Shown here: in pieces, positions 1-8,938 of the stretch
Numbering within the stretch: the stretch's first letter is position 1
How the letters are laid out: the number at the start of each line of letters is the position of its first letter
Assembly (NCBI GenBank): GCA_964387845.1
Contig: CAYLXA010000003.1
Location: 96,001-160,000, forward strand
Length of the DNA stretch: 64,000 nucleotides
Reading direction: 5' to 3'
From: an uncultured bacterium
GTDB lineage: Bacteria; Omnitrophota; Omnitrophia; Omnitrophales; Abzuiibacteriaceae
Notes under the pieces: model-generated
The model's input: only the letters and a program-made list of their open reading frames with translations
What the model was told of the DNA's origin: nothing
Databases searched by the model: none
Made by a program: the position numbers and the translations under genes

Positions 1-147
1 AAGTCCGGCTTCGCCGTCGTTGGCGGTAATGAATTCGCAGTTTTCCTTTTCAAACCGATAACGCAACAACTCTAAAAAATCTTTGTCATCATCAATGGCC
101 AAAACGCGGGAACGTTTTTTCTGCCCTTGCGGCGCGCCTGCTTCCAT
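1..147 (-). CDS. Response regulator receiver domain protein (N-terminal part only; gene continues beyond window start)
   Basis: Reverse-strand translation from the ATG at 147 gives MEAGAPQGQKKRSRVLAIDDDKDFLELLRYRFEKENCEFITANDGEAGL, a typical CheY-like receiver N-terminus. A GGAGG RBS lies just upstream. Confidence 0.6.
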   Translation of the reverse strand, partial: MEAGAPQGQKKRSRVLAIDDDKDFLELLRYRFEKENCEFITANDGEAGL

Positions 148-258
148 GTAGATTCCTCCGGAAATATGGTTTAGTAACTACTTATGTATCGACTACGCGC
201 GGAAAATCATTTACTCCAGATTTGAATTTGATACTTAACGGGGAGTATAGTATAGTAC

Positions 259-1236
259 TTGACCAATTTCAATAAGGAGATCGGCCGCGTGGTTACACAG
301 CAAAAAACGGGTTCGGTTTTTGACTTACTGGTTAAGAAAATCATGGGTCAATTGATTCAATCGAACTTTCTTAAAAAGCAATCGGTGATCTTGGTTAACG
401 GGCTTGCCGAACAATACGAAAGCTGGTTTTTCAATGTTGGGCCTCTCGGAAAAGATTTTGTCGTTCATTGGCCGAATTTGTATTGGTACCAGAATGAGGC
501 TTTTCATCAAGAGATCCGGCAAGTATCTGTCCCGTGGGTCGCTAAAAAACTCGAAAATTATTTAAACAATTACGTACAAACACCTCCTTACAATCTCGTC
601 GGAAGTTCGAGCGGCTGTCAAACCATCGTTACTTACACGTCTCAAAACCCCCAGTTGGTTTCCAAGCTGATTTTAATATGCCCTTCGGGTTTAGGCGGTG
701 AGGAAAATCTTCCGATGGTAGACGGTGTCGGCCGGCGCGATCTAGCAGCGCTGATTGGAGCCATTTTTTACGACAAAAAGTTTTATGTTCTGGATGAGAT
801 CGTTCAGATTTTGAAGGAACGGTTTGACAATCGGAAATGGCGGCAGGGGTTCGTCCGGATGGCGCAAGTCACCAAGCGGAATTCTATTTTAGACAACCTT
901 GTTCGATTAAAATGCCCGGTTTTATTTATTTGCGGTGAGGAAGACGAAATTGTGCCGACGTGGCAGGCTTACCGGGCCGTAAAAGCAATGCGCGATAACG
1001 GCTGCAATGTGCAAATGATCACATTCCCTAAATGCGGCCACGCACCGCAGATTGAGCGCGCGCAACTGACGAATAAATATATTGCCGATTTCTTGAGGGA
1101 TAAACTTCCAAAGCCGGGTGGGTTCTGGCGTCATCAAGCTGGCGGCCTTCGTCCGTTTGATTTGGATAAAATTGCTCGACAGCATTCCGAAAAACCCACA
1201 AAAACTGGTAAGTCCGCGCTGCCTGTTTTGGTTTAA
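259..1236 (+). CDS. Alpha/beta-fold hydrolase
   Basis: GSSSGCQ nucleophile elbow (G-x-S-x-G) and a C-terminal GHAPQIERA motif are typical of alpha/beta hydrolases. The real start is probably the in-frame GTG at 289, downstream of an AAGGAG RBS. Confidence 0.7.
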   Translation: MTNFNKEIGRVVTQQKTGSVFDLLVKKIMGQLIQSNFLKKQSVILVNGLAEQYESWFFNVGPLGKDFVVHWPNLYWYQNEAFHQEIRQVSVPWVAKKLENYLNNYVQTPPYNLVGSSSGCQTIVTYTSQNPQLVSKLILICPSGLGGEENLPMVDGVGRRDLAALIGAIFYDKKFYVLDEIVQILKERFDNRKWRQGFVRMAQVTKRNSILDNLVRLKCPVLFICGEEDEIVPTWQAYRAVKAMRDNGCNVQMITFPKCGHAPQIERAQLTNKYIADFLRDKLPKPGGFWRHQAGGLRPFDLDKIARQHSEKPTKTGKSALPVLV

Positions 1237-1246
1237 CTTTCCCGCA

Positions 1247-2833
1247 CTACTTCTCAAGAACAGAAAAGCTGCTCAACATATCGGAAATCACTTCGCGGCT
1301 CGCGGAAATCCGCGGAACTTTATACTGTCCGCCGAGTTTTCCTTTTTTGCGCATCCATTCCTTAAAAAATCCGCTCTGTACCGCAATAATTTCCGGCTCA
1401 TCCATTCCAAAACCGCCCGAACGGTGCTGGGCGTAATCCTCGTTTAATCTTTGAAGCTCGGCGTCAAATTTCCCCGAAAATTCTTTTAAATTCTGCGGTT
1501 GTTTCGTGAATTCAATCAAATATTGATGTTTCCCTTTCGGATGGACGGAATCCGGGAAAATAGGCGCCGCGTGATAATCCGTATAGCCCGTACCAAACGC
1601 GAGGCACGTCTCGTGAAGCGCTTTTTCGATTTCTTCCTGGATTAAATGCTCGCCGAACGCGGACAAACAGTATTTCGTCCGGCCCGTGATTTTCAGAAGG
1701 AGCGGTTCCTTCGAAACAAACCGTACCGTGTCGCCCAAAATATAACTCCAGAGGCCGCCGTTCGTGGTTAAGACAATCGCATAATTTTTCCCGACTTCGA
1801 CATCGCGAACGGTGAGACGTGTCGGTGCTTTTGAGGAAATTTCTTCGACCGGCACAAATTCGTAAAACGTGCCGTAATCGGTCATGAGCCGGAGTTCGTT
1901 TTCGCGCGGGTCTTCAATTGCGATAAATGCCTCGGACGCCGGATAGACTTCAAGATAATCCGCATCCGGTCCCAACCATTCTTCGAATTGTTTTTGATAC
2001 GGCTCAAACGGAATGCCGCCGTGAACAAAGAGTTCGAAGTTGGGCCACAAGCTTTTAATATTGCCTTTGATTTTTTTCTTTTCGTTTAATTTTTCCAAAA
2101 ACAAAATCATCCAGGTCGGCACACCGCTCAAGATCGAAAGATTCTGGCTGAGCGCCGCTTCGGCGATGCGGTCGATTTTTTCTTCCCACTGCGGAATAGA
2201 CGCAAGTGCCATGCCCGGGAAATAAGAAGTACAGAAAAGAAACGGAAGGTGATGAATGATGACACCGCTTAAGTCACCGCTTTTGACGCTGCCTTTCCAG
2301 TCTTCCCTTAGAATTGGATTTCCGCCTAGAAGCAGTGTCCGGCCGGCCAGTATTTTGCTGTCGGCTTTTTGAATATAATGAAAAAGCGCGGCATCGACAG
2401 ATGCTTTCCGGTTGGATCTCAACAGTTCGCGCGTCATCGGGATAAATTTCGTGGTACCGCTCGTAGTCCCCGATGAAAGCGAAAAATAACGGATGAGGCC
2501 CGGCCAAATAATGTTGTCGAGATGAGGGCTGTTTAACTTCGGGTCATAATCCGACTTAACTTTCTTTGCGGCTTCAATACTTGAAGGCAAAAAATAATCG
2601 TTAAAAAAATCTTCGTAAGTCCTGAGTTTGACCCGTTTTTGATAGTCGGCGGCTCCGCGAATTTCGGAAAAACCGTGATCAACGCCGAATTTGGTTTTCC
2701 TGGCAGATTGAAGAAGAGAACTTAGCGTTTTTTCCTGCTCCCGCATGCTCTCATCGATATTCTTTAATCGATCGATCGCGGGCTTCCGGAATTTTTCAAG
2801 CGATGATTTGGCAATAGAATTAAAAAGACTCAT
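1247..2833 (-). CDS. GH3-family acyl-acid amido synthetase-like adenylating enzyme
   Basis: LSSGTTSGTTKFIPMTRE matches the SSGTT...K-x-IP AMP-binding motif of the GH3 family. Start chosen at the internal Met (MSLFNSIAK), 8 nt after the upstream gene's stop; the ORF-track 5' extension overlaps the neighbouring gene. Confidence 0.6.
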   Translation of the reverse strand: MSLFNSIAKSSLEKFRKPAIDRLKNIDESMREQEKTLSSLLQSARKTKFGVDHGFSEIRGAADYQKRVKLRTYEDFFNDYFLPSSIEAAKKVKSDYDPKLNSPHLDNIIWPGLIRYFSLSSGTTSGTTKFIPMTRELLRSNRKASVDAALFHYIQKADSKILAGRTLLLGGNPILREDWKGSVKSGDLSGVIIHHLPFLFCTSYFPGMALASIPQWEEKIDRIAEAALSQNLSILSGVPTWMILFLEKLNEKKKIKGNIKSLWPNFELFVHGGIPFEPYQKQFEEWLGPDADYLEVYPASEAFIAIEDPRENELRLMTDYGTFYEFVPVEEISSKAPTRLTVRDVEVGKNYAIVLTTNGGLWSYILGDTVRFVSKEPLLLKITGRTKYCLSAFGEHLIQEEIEKALHETCLAFGTGYTDYHAAPIFPDSVHPKGKHQYLIEFTKQPQNLKEFSGKFDAELQRLNEDYAQHRSGGFGMDEPEIIAVQSGFFKEWMRKKGKLGGQYKVPRISASREVISDMLSSFSVLEK

Positions 2834-2840
2834 GGCTCGA

Positions 2841-3818
2841 TTAAGCCGGAAATTTGATCCAGCCCTTCTCTTTTGCTTGCTTAAGCATAGCGTCTGTTTC
2901 TTTAAAAATGGTCTTACTGTCTTCGGCTGTGAGTTGATGCACCCATTGATTGCGCCATCTGGCATCCGCCGTTGCTTTCATTAAACCGGCAGTAGATTGA
3001 AATGCATCTTCCAAAATTGATTTTGAGATGACATCAAAAAAGTGAGTGCGCACATCAAGAACTTCCAGCTTCGATTTCACAAAACTCAAACCGTTTGTAA
3101 GCAAATTTCCCTTTTCGTCTTTCTTTTCTTCCTCTACCGGCGCTTTGATCGGAATAATTCCCGTGTTCGGCAAAGTAAACATACCGCCGACATAAAGCGT
3201 TTTTCCGTCATCAAGGCTTTGAATATATTCAAAACCTTCCATTTCCTGCATGATATCGCGAGCGCCGGCTTTTCCGCCATCGAGCATCAGACTGGAACGG
3301 GTTAACAGATATTTGCCGTCCTTGATTGTTATCTCGCTGCGGATTTTATAATCGGCATCTTTTAATCCGGCAAGAAGCGGCGGCATTTGGCGCTTTCGGT
3401 TAATGATGAGGGTCGATTTTTCGGGTGTTAGGCGTTTTCGCTCGATTATCTTCGTTTCAAGAAGGCCGGGCGTAAATTTTGAAGTGTCCTGGTAAGCCGA
3501 GAGCGCTTGTTGAACCCGGAAAAAAGGCGCATCTACCCGTACAAACGTGAAAAATCCGATATAGCTGGTGATTTTCGAAATGTCTGTATCTTTTACCCAC
3601 TGTTTCGGATCCAGCCACACAACTCTGACTTCGCGGTCCGGCGTTTTGGATATTGGAAACGAGAAAATTTTATCCGGATTTTCGCCGGATACCAATTCAT
3701 GCGTGATTTGATCAACTGTTTTGACGAGCGGCGATGCAGGTTCGGTGAAAGAATTCAAAGAAATAAAAAAATTGAATATAACAAAAAAGGATGTGATTCG
3801 GATAAAACGGGACGTCAT
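2841..3818 (-). CDS. Hypothetical exported protein
   Basis: N-terminal hydrophobic signal-like segment (FFVIFNFFISLNSF); no recognisable catalytic motif. Confidence 0.4.
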   Translation of the reverse strand: MTSRFIRITSFFVIFNFFISLNSFTEPASPLVKTVDQITHELVSGENPDKIFSFPISKTPDREVRVVWLDPKQWVKDTDISKITSYIGFFTFVRVDAPFFRVQQALSAYQDTSKFTPGLLETKIIERKRLTPEKSTLIINRKRQMPPLLAGLKDADYKIRSEITIKDGKYLLTRSSLMLDGGKAGARDIMQEMEGFEYIQSLDDGKTLYVGGMFTLPNTGIIPIKAPVEEEKKDEKGNLLTNGLSFVKSKLEVLDVRTHFFDVISKSILEDAFQSTAGLMKATADARWRNQWVHQLTAEDSKTIFKETDAMLKQAKEKGWIKFPA

Positions 3819-4939
3819 GACAATGTGCCGGATTCGCTCTCGATCGATTCTCTTTGCGCGGTTTCGCCTTTTTTGTAGCGTTCGATTTTATCGATTTTCG
3901 AGCTTATTTTCTGATAACTTGTTTTCGCAATTTTCTCGTAAGCTGTTTTTAAATGATCGATTGATTCGCCGAATTCTTCGAACCGCTCTTTAAAACGGAC
4001 CAGGTCTTCATCTAATTTTTCGATCAGCGCCACGATTTCCTGAATTTTTTCTTCAAAATGAAAATAACGGAACGACTGATAAATCACTTTCAAAATCGCA
4101 ATGAGGGAAAACGGCGCTGCTAAAACGACTTTTTTGGATTCCGCAATTTCAAAAAGTCGGCGGCAGTGCGTGAAGATAAGCGCATAAACGCTTTCGCTCG
4201 GCACAAACAAAATGGCGTAATCAAGCGTGTTTTCATCCGGATTGATATAATCCCGGCCCGCGACTTCATCAATGCGCCGCTTCACATCCTGCTCAAAATC
4301 AGTTAGAAATCTCTTTTGTTCTGCCTGATCCTGAGAATCCTGCGCTTTCATTAAATTTGCAATAGGAAATTTGACATCGAGACTGACTTTGTGCTGATCG
4401 GGAAGAAAGATCGTAAAGTCCGGGCGGTTGGCGCTCGTTTCCATTTGCTTGTTCTTTTGATAATGAAGCCCTTCGATCAGCCCGGAAGCTTTCAAAATAT
4501 CATCCGCGATCCGCTCGCCCCACTGTCCGCGCAGATTGTTGGTGTGAAGCACCTGATTTAATTTAGTTGCCGAATTGGTAAGGTTTGATACGGCTTGTTT
4601 TTGTTCGTTCAGAAGCGTTGAAAGTTCGCTGAACTTTCCGACCCGGTCTTTCTCGGTGGCTTTGATTTCCTGTTGATAAGTTTTGACGAGTGATTCAACG
4701 TTTGAGATCAGGGACTTAAAGGATTGTTCCTTGTCATTTAATGTTTCGTGAATTCGCGTGGTTTTCTCTTCAAGCGATTTCCCCGCGAGCGTCAGGATTG
4801 ACTCGAGGTTGTCTTTGACCATCTTCGCACTTGCCTGCTCCAGTTTTTGAGCCATCATGCGCTCAAAGGACTTTTGCAGCCAAAAACCGAAAATAACCAG
4901 GAATAAAAGCCCGATTAACAGATAAATAAGGGTTGCCAT
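3815..4939 (-). CDS. rmuC: DNA recombination protein RmuC
   Basis: N-terminal TM helix, long coiled-coil, and a conserved RmuC C-terminal region (FLPDQHKVSLDVKFPIANL, DYAILFVPSESVYA). Confidence 0.7.
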   Translation of the reverse strand: MATLIYLLIGLLFLVIFGFWLQKSFERMMAQKLEQASAKMVKDNLESILTLAGKSLEEKTTRIHETLNDKEQSFKSLISNVESLVKTYQQEIKATEKDRVGKFSELSTLLNEQKQAVSNLTNSATKLNQVLHTNNLRGQWGERIADDILKASGLIEGLHYQKNKQMETSANRPDFTIFLPDQHKVSLDVKFPIANLMKAQDSQDQAEQKRFLTDFEQDVKRRIDEVAGRDYINPDENTLDYAILFVPSESVYALIFTHCRRLFEIAESKKVVLAAPFSLIAILKVIYQSFRYFHFEEKIQEIVALIEKLDEDLVRFKERFEEFGESIDHLKTAYEKIAKTSYQKISSKIDKIERYKKGETAQRESIESESGTLS

Positions 4940-4999
4940 AGCACAAAAGTTTCTAACTTTTGAGTTCGAATGTCAAGAGCACTATGATAAAATTCCGCC

Positions 5000-5833
5000 A
5001 TGAGAAGTTCCTCTTTCGACTCGGTTATTTTTGATATCGATAACGTTTTAATCGATACACGCGCCTCTTACACCGACTGCATCCGCGAAACCGTCCGGCG
5101 CTATCTGGGCAAACACCTTAAGTTAAAGAATCAAAAGGACTTACTGCTTTCACGCGCGGATGTGGAGCAATTTAAACTCTTGGGCGGATTTAACGACGAT
5201 TGGGACACCTGTTACGGATTATTACTTTTTCTTTCTAGTTCAAAAGTAAAAACTAAAAATTTGAAAGCTTTTTCAAAAAAAGTCGGGAAACCTTTATTTG
5301 TGAAAGGGATTGAACGAATTTGCGGGAAAAATTCAAAAATAAACATGAAAAAAGTTGCCGCGATTTTTCAAAAACTTTATTGGACAAAATATATCAAGCG
5401 CGAAAAATTAATTGTTCCAAAAAATGTAATCCGGGATTTGGCGGAGTCAGGCATCAAAATCGGGATCGCAACAGGCCGAAACCGGAAAGAAGCTTACTAT
5501 GCGCTTAGAAAAGCCGGGATTTCGAAATATATGTCCAAAGTGATGACTTTGAACGATTTGCCGTCCGCGAAATTCAAAAAGCCGCATCCCTATTTGCTTG
5601 AGAAAATTTCTGAAAAATTCGGAAAGGATCTTCGGTATCTTTACGTCGGTGATTTGCCGGATGATATTCAAATGGCGCGGAATTTAGATTCCCGAATTAA
5701 AATATCCACGATCGGATTTTCTTACTCGGCTGTTTCGGAAAAGGATGCGAGGCGCGCTCTTTTAAAATCCGGCGCCGTTTGCGTGATACGCTCCGCCAAA
5801 TCACTTTCCACCTTCCTCCGTCATAATTTGTGA
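5000..5833 (+). CDS. HAD-superfamily hydrolase
   Basis: DIDNVLIDT (DxDx[TV]) motif I, and VGDLPDDIQMA matching HAD motif IV. Confidence 0.65.
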   Translation: MRSSSFDSVIFDIDNVLIDTRASYTDCIRETVRRYLGKHLKLKNQKDLLLSRADVEQFKLLGGFNDDWDTCYGLLLFLSSSKVKTKNLKAFSKKVGKPLFVKGIERICGKNSKINMKKVAAIFQKLYWTKYIKREKLIVPKNVIRDLAESGIKIGIATGRNRKEAYYALRKAGISKYMSKVMTLNDLPSAKFKKPHPYLLEKISEKFGKDLRYLYVGDLPDDIQMARNLDSRIKISTIGFSYSAVSEKDARRALLKSGAVCVIRSAKSLSTFLRHNL

Positions 5834-5842
5834 CGGAAGATA

Positions 5843-5872
5843 CCGTCATTCTGCCTCCGGCCTTTCAGGCCG
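5843..5872. repeat. GC-rich palindromic element, copy 1 (CCTCCGGCCTTTCAGGCCGATAGGCCCGGAG)
   Basis: About 31 bp imperfect direct repeat of the element at 7601-7630. The two copies flank a lower-GC island. Confidence 0.45.
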
Positions 5873-6084
5873 ATAGGCCCGGAGAGAGCGAAGCGAAGAA
5901 TCTCAGCTCAATTTATTTCTCTCCGCTTCCCTGCGCGCGTTGATTTTTAGCCGAGTGGGCTAAACAAAAATCATCGTGCTCGGCCCACGTCAAAAATTTG
6001 AGCCATTCAAATTTTTGCCGTGATGGCGCTCCGAGAAACAAATTGATCTTCGATTCTTCGTCAGTCTGACACCTTGTTATAGTG

Positions 6085-6627
6085 TTAATCGGTGTTTTTC
6101 AACTGAACAAATTCTTTCAAAAAGTCGGCAAGTTCGGCGTAAAAATCGGAAAAAAGCCCCGAGTATAACATGATGATTCTAACGTCCATGCCATCGTGAT
6201 TACCGAAAGCGCCAATCGATGCCTTTTTGCTTATGCAATATAAAGGGTTATTTAATGTAGATTTATCATTAACTTCTTTTGACCTCTTGAGTGAGTCATT
6301 CCATACCTCCATGTATTCAATCATTCTTATGTGATGCACGGCTATCGCGGCTGGAAATTGTTCCTTGGCAAATCTCTGATTTCTTAACCTACTATTTAAA
6401 TTGGAGCGAAATGTCTTAATAACAGATTCAAACTGACTTGGGAAAATCTCTTTAATAGCTAAATAAATTCCATACACATACAGGTGCGATAACTCTTCAA
6501 AGAATCTTCTCTTATCTATTTCAAAATCAATTTTAATAGATTTCTGCTCTTTAATTCGGCTTAGTAATGCTTCTATTAGGAAGTCAACTAATTCTGGTTT
6601 TGAATATTTATCACTGTCATTGGACAT
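6085..6627 (-). CDS. Hypothetical protein (AT-rich island)
   Basis: 180 aa ORF, distinctly AT-rich relative to its neighbours. No recognisable motifs. Confidence 0.4.
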   Translation of the reverse strand: MSNDSDKYSKPELVDFLIEALLSRIKEQKSIKIDFEIDKRRFFEELSHLYVYGIYLAIKEIFPSQFESVIKTFRSNLNSRLRNQRFAKEQFPAAIAVHHIRMIEYMEVWNDSLKRSKEVNDKSTLNNPLYCISKKASIGAFGNHDGMDVRIIMLYSGLFSDFYAELADFLKEFVQLKNTD

Positions 6628-6751
6628 GATGATTAGCCATGATTTTACGCTTTGTTTACCGGATACCCTCCGGTTGGGAGAGATTAGCTCCTTAAAAATG
6701 ATGCATTTTATGCCTCAAATAAGGAAGTGTCTAGGGGAACGAAATTTGAAT

Positions 6752-7030
6752 TTAGAAGTTCTTAAGAAAGCGCTTCACGTCGTCGTGATTGCCGGCGAGG
6801 ACAAACTCGACCAAGTCGCCTGTCCATCTAAACAAAATGCGGGCTTTAATTCCCTTCCGGACTTCCCACAAATCTCCCGCGAGGCGCTTGAGGCCCAGGC
6901 CTTGGTAGATTTGTCTATCTTTAGAAAGTACATCGATCAATTGAGAAGCCGCATGCTTCACTTCGGATTTTTCAGATAGCGGCAACGACTTAATGGAACG
7001 TTCAAAGGATGGCTTGAATTCAAACCGCAT
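6752..7030 (-). CDS. Type II toxin, RelE/ParE superfamily
   Basis: 92 aa protein; FKPSFERSIKSL, LWEVRKGI and ARILFR...FVLAGNHDDVKRFLKN resemble RelE/ParE/HigB-type mRNA-interferase toxins. Confidence 0.65.
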   Translation of the reverse strand: MRFEFKPSFERSIKSLPLSEKSEVKHAASQLIDVLSKDRQIYQGLGLKRLAGDLWEVRKGIKARILFRWTGDLVEFVLAGNHDDVKRFLKNF

Positions 7031-7080
7031 GAAAATACTTTCTAGTGGTAACCCCGCGTCGCCAAAAAGCGGCTCATGGG

Positions 7081-7138
7081 GCGACTATCTCCCTAGATAA
7101 ATAGCAACTTGAGTCTTCATAGGTAGGAGATAGTCGTC
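7081..7138. promoter_or_regulatory. 12 bp inverted repeat (GCGACTATCTCC ... GGAGATAGTCGTC) between antitoxin and toxin genes
   Basis: 11/12 bp inverted repeat with a 33 nt spacer, ending right at the antitoxin stop codon. Candidate operator or RNA structure. Confidence 0.35.
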
Positions 7139-7408
7139 TCATAATCCGGCAAGGTGCTTTTTAGCAGCGACCTCGTCGGTGAAAGTTTTTCCTTTTTCAG
7201 ACGCCAGCTTCTCAATTTTTTTCCATTGTTTCGGGCTGTAAGGCAAACGGGCGGTCATTTCGCACGGCAAAAGAAGGATGCCTTCTTTGGTAACGCCGAA
7301 AGCGACAGCGGAGCCCGCTTCCAGATGAAGGAGCTTTCTCACACGATTTGGAATGGTCACTTGTCCTTTAGATGTCATTTTGGTTGTTTCAATAATGGTC
7401 ATGGCCAA
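7139..7408 (-). CDS. AbrB/MazE (SpoVT-AbrB) family antitoxin
   Basis: MTSKGQVTIPNRVRKLLHLEAGSAVAF is a swapped-hairpin AbrB/MazE DNA-binding domain. It sits upstream of the toxin on the same strand. The true start may be the internal MTSKGQ. Confidence 0.6.
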   Translation of the reverse strand: MAMTIIETTKMTSKGQVTIPNRVRKLLHLEAGSAVAFGVTKEGILLLPCEMTARLPYSPKQWKKIEKLASEKGKTFTDEVAAKKHLAGL

Positions 7409-7600
7409 TCTCCTTTTGTATGCATTCCTTACTTCCTTACAAAAGGATAGCAGACGTACTACCAGAAATCAAGATTCAAGATAGGTTTTATCTGTTCATG
7501 AGCCGGTTACTAACGTGGAAGGCTTGGGTGGAGATTTGTATGACGATTATGATATTGGATTATTATTTTATGTCAATATAAATTATCCCCCCTCACCCCC

Positions 7601-7630
7601 TCCGGGCCTAAGGCCCGATAGGGCCGGAGC
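7601..7630. repeat. GC-rich palindromic element, copy 2 (CCTCCGGGCCTAAGGCCCGATAGGGCCGGAG), followed by hairpin CCCTCTCCCAAAGGGAGAGGG
   Basis: Direct repeat of 5843-5872. Confidence 0.45.
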
Positions 7631-7914
7631 CTGCCCTCTCCCAAAGGGAGAGGGGAAAAGCTTTGAAGAAGCACCGAAGCGAATTGGATTCGCATATGAG
7701 AAATCATGTGCGGAAGCATTGGAAAGCCGATGGCCTGCAGCGATTTGTAGGGCAGGAACAGCGGAAGGTGTTCCAATGCCGGAGCGAATAGATTTCTTAC
7801 AATGAATCCACTGAGCGGAGGGCTTCTTCAAAGCTTTAAACGGAGATTGCTTCGACGACAAATAATGCGTCTTCCGCCAAAAAGCGCGGCGGACAGGCGC
7901 AATGACGGTAAATG

Positions 7915-8361
7915 TTAGTCCGCTAATTTGCCGTTTATTTTGACGCGCATCATCTGTCGCCCCCACCGGAGCGCGGCCTTGTGGCCGCCCATGGAATCGG
8001 GAATAAATAAATCAATGTGCCGGCCGCGGATTTTCCCGCCGCGGTCTTTGACCGTAAATTCCGTCCGGTTTTTTAGGATGCTATAAACTTTCCAGAATTC
8101 CCACGGCCACACGCGCATCAACTTGACTTCGGACCCGAACGGCACATTTTTGGAAGCTGCAATGCCGCCCCAGCTTACTTTTTCGCCGTTTGCAAATTTT
8201 CCGTCTCGAAATTCAGGCACATTAATGCAAATCGGGCAATTGCAATACGCTGTCACAATATAAAGATGTTTGCCCCAAAGTTCGTGATAAGAAACAGCGC
8301 CTACCAAAAAAATCAAAAGCCAAGTGATGATTTTGGCTTTCCACTTTTTAATAATGCCCAC
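7915..8361 (-). CDS. 3D (Asp-Asp-Asp) domain protein, MltA-like cell-wall associated
   Basis: N-terminal TM/signal segment; C-terminal DRGGKIRGRHIDLFIPD matches the 3D-domain aspartate signature. Confidence 0.5.
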   Translation of the reverse strand: MGIIKKWKAKIITWLLIFLVGAVSYHELWGKHLYIVTAYCNCPICINVPEFRDGKFANGEKVSWGGIAASKNVPFGSEVKLMRVWPWEFWKVYSILKNRTEFTVKDRGGKIRGRHIDLFIPDSMGGHKAALRWGRQMMRVKINGKLAD

Positions 8362-8369
8362 GCTTTGCC

Positions 8370-8573
8370 CTATCCGCCGCGTTCTTCAAGCCACGCCATT
8401 TGGATGGCTTCCAGGATCTTTTCGTTGGAGTTTTTGGGATCATCTGAAAAATCGGCAAGCTCGGTGATCCATTTGTGCAAATCGGTAAAACGAACGGTTA
8501 GAGGGTCAATCTCCGGAAATTTCTCTGCCAGCTGGATGCCGATCTCTTCCGTGTCGGTCCATTTAAGTTTCAT
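8370..8573 (-). CDS. iscX: Fe-S assembly protein IscX
   Basis: [12 protein letters not shown]...[10 protein letters not shown]...[14 protein letters not shown] closely resembles E. coli IscX (YfhJ). It is the last gene of the isc operon. Confidence 0.7.
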   Translation of the reverse strand: MKLKWTDTEEIGIQLAEKFPEIDPLTVRFTDLHKWITELADFSDDPKNSNEKILEAIQMAWLEERGG

Positions 8574-8938
8574 CAGTGCGACCCCGAAATTTGGTTGATT
8601 GTATATTTCGGAATTTCGACGATAATTTCACCGCCCTTAACGACCGACTGGCATGCAAGACGCGAAGACAGCGTGGCACCGGATGCTTTATCAACCAAAT
8701 CCGCTTCACGGTCTTCCATTTCGGTCAAATTCTCCATGCCTTTTTTGATAATGATGTGGCATGTGGTACAGGCACAATTGCCGCCGCAGGCGTGTTCTAA
8801 ATCGATGCCGTTTGCAAGCGCGATAGACAAAATGGAACCCGGCTCGCCATCGTGGCCTGTTACGGGGGTGTTGGAATCTACCTCGACGGTTTTATTGAGA
8901 GGAAGAAAAGTAACTTTTGCTTTAGCCATTTTGGTCAA
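8573..8938 (-). CDS. fdx: [2Fe-2S] ferredoxin Fdx of the ISC system
   Basis: [11 protein letters not shown] cysteine motif and an EIPKYTIN C-terminus like E. coli Fdx. Located in the isc operon. Confidence 0.8.
   Translation of the reverse strand: MTKMAKAKVTFLPLNKTVEVDSNTPVTGHDGEPGSILSIALANGIDLEHACGGNCACTTCHIIIKKGMENLTEMEDREADLVDKASGATLSSRLACQSVVKGGEIIVEIPKYTINQISGSH

Noticed and set aside
1118-1447. ORF 1118..1447 (+) and 922..1257 (-)
   Set aside because: They overlap the well-supported alpha/beta hydrolase and GH3 genes in other frames.
6620-6979. ORF 6620..6979 (+) antisense to the RelE/ParE toxin gene
   Set aside because: It is entirely antisense to the toxin and has no RBS. The toxin reading is motif-supported.
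7515-7966. ORFs 7515..7805 (+) and 7583..7966 (-) in the 500-bp spacer
   Set aside because: They overlap each other antisense and run through GC-rich palindromic repeats, giving Pro/Gly/Arg-rich low-complexity translations. No RBS or motif supports them.
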